This document shows positions 63,162 to 64,000 of a stretch of 64,000 nt of DNA, piece by piece. The DNA is from Eremomyces bilateralis CBS 781.70 (Eukaryota): assembly GCA_010015585.1 (NCBI GenBank), contig ML975170.1; one strand, given 5' to 3'. Below the pieces are notes generated by a model. The model was not told the DNA's origin, searched no databases, and worked only from the letters and a program-made list of their open reading frames with translations. Position 1 is the stretch's first letter, and each line of letters begins with the position of its first letter. Position numbers and translations under genes: made by a program.

Positions 63162-63734
63162 TTGCGATAGAAGGTTAATTCGGTTCTGGAGCTGTCCGCG
63201 AAGCCAGATCTCAAATATGGTTCTTTGATTCCAACACTCTCTAATGATTCTTTTGCCGTTAGGAGTTCTAGTAGCTTCGTGATAATTATAACGAGTTCTT
63301 ACTCGTTCGCTGAGGAGAGGAAGAAGAAGAGGGAGAAGGCATCTTTGTCATAGAATATCTGTGTTTCTTGGCGTTTCCGCACGGCTTCATTCCGTCATCC
63401 TTTCTGTACCCCTATTCTTTCCCTTTTTAGGGAATAGATCACCATTGTAAGGCCTTGTCTACTTCGAAGCTGGCAGGTTTAAGAAGCAGGGGCCAGGTGG
63501 GCGTTTTGGCTTTTCTATTATTAGAAACCTGCCAGAACGGCTAATGTCTACCTACTGGCAGGTTCGGAAGCTGCAGGTTCTTACTGTGTAGTCATGTTGC
63601 CAAGTCACGATGTGTGACTTGCGTAATAGCTTCAAATTCCAATCTGACCTCTCTTAGCCATCCACCCTGCAGCTACATCCCAGCCACGTGACCTAGGAAT
63701 AATGTGCTCTGATTAGTCTATATACTTCGAAAAT

Positions 63735-64000
63735 CACTACAGCGCGGGCACCCTCACCACCTATTCCGGGCACCCCCACCACCTATTCCGGGCACCCCTA
63801 CAACATATTCTGGGCATCCCCCATCACCTGTTTTGGGCACCTCCACTACCTATTCTAGGCCCTACTATCACCCATTTTGGATACCGTTTATCACTCCCGG
63901 CTCCCGTTTTGGGCACAGACGCTAGAACTGGTGGTTGGAAGTGCCCGAAAACGGATGATAGAGGGTGCCTAAAATGGGTGATGATGGGGGTCTAAAGTCG
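63735..64000. repeat. 22-bp degenerate tandem array with inverted copies, probable DNA-transposon/MITE end
   Basis: GGGCACCCYCACCACCTATTCC-like units at 63746, 63768, 63790, 63812, 63835, 63857 and 63879; inverted units from 63941; preceded by CACTACAG. Confidence 0.7.

Overview
A filamentous ascomycete (Pezizomycotina) nuclear window with short GT-AG introns and RIP-type C>T damage in its repeats. It has two parts. (1) About 3.6-30.4 kb is an accessory, transposon-rich island. It contains a nearly intact Ty3/Gypsy element with a 111-bp LTR, tRNA-iMet-like priming signals and a -1 gag/pol frameshift signal. One of its LTRs is broken by a RIP-degraded Helitron2-type element that carries an extra putative OB-fold gene. 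The island also holds an intact intronless MFS / Zn2Cys6 / ene-reductase trio, an NmrA + Zn2Cys6 pair, solo LTRs, and chromovirus and Tc1 relics. Two inverted copies of one LTR (4036-4085 and 24732-25123) are each flanked by half of what reads as one split gene, which suggests a ~21-kb inversion. (2) About 30.6-59.4 kb is a gene-dense core block: Btb1/IBtk-like, copper-fist TF, VOC protein, RTA1, thioesterase, GARS, MFS, RSM27, DYS1, PHO88 and LDH. The GARS gene stands alone, without the AIRS half of the usual fungal Ade5,7 fusion. The window ends with a Tc1 element, an alpha/beta hydrolase and a repeat-rich putative transposon end. A secreted tyrosinase lies at the left edge. All calls come from manual reading; no searches were run, and intron boundaries are predictions.
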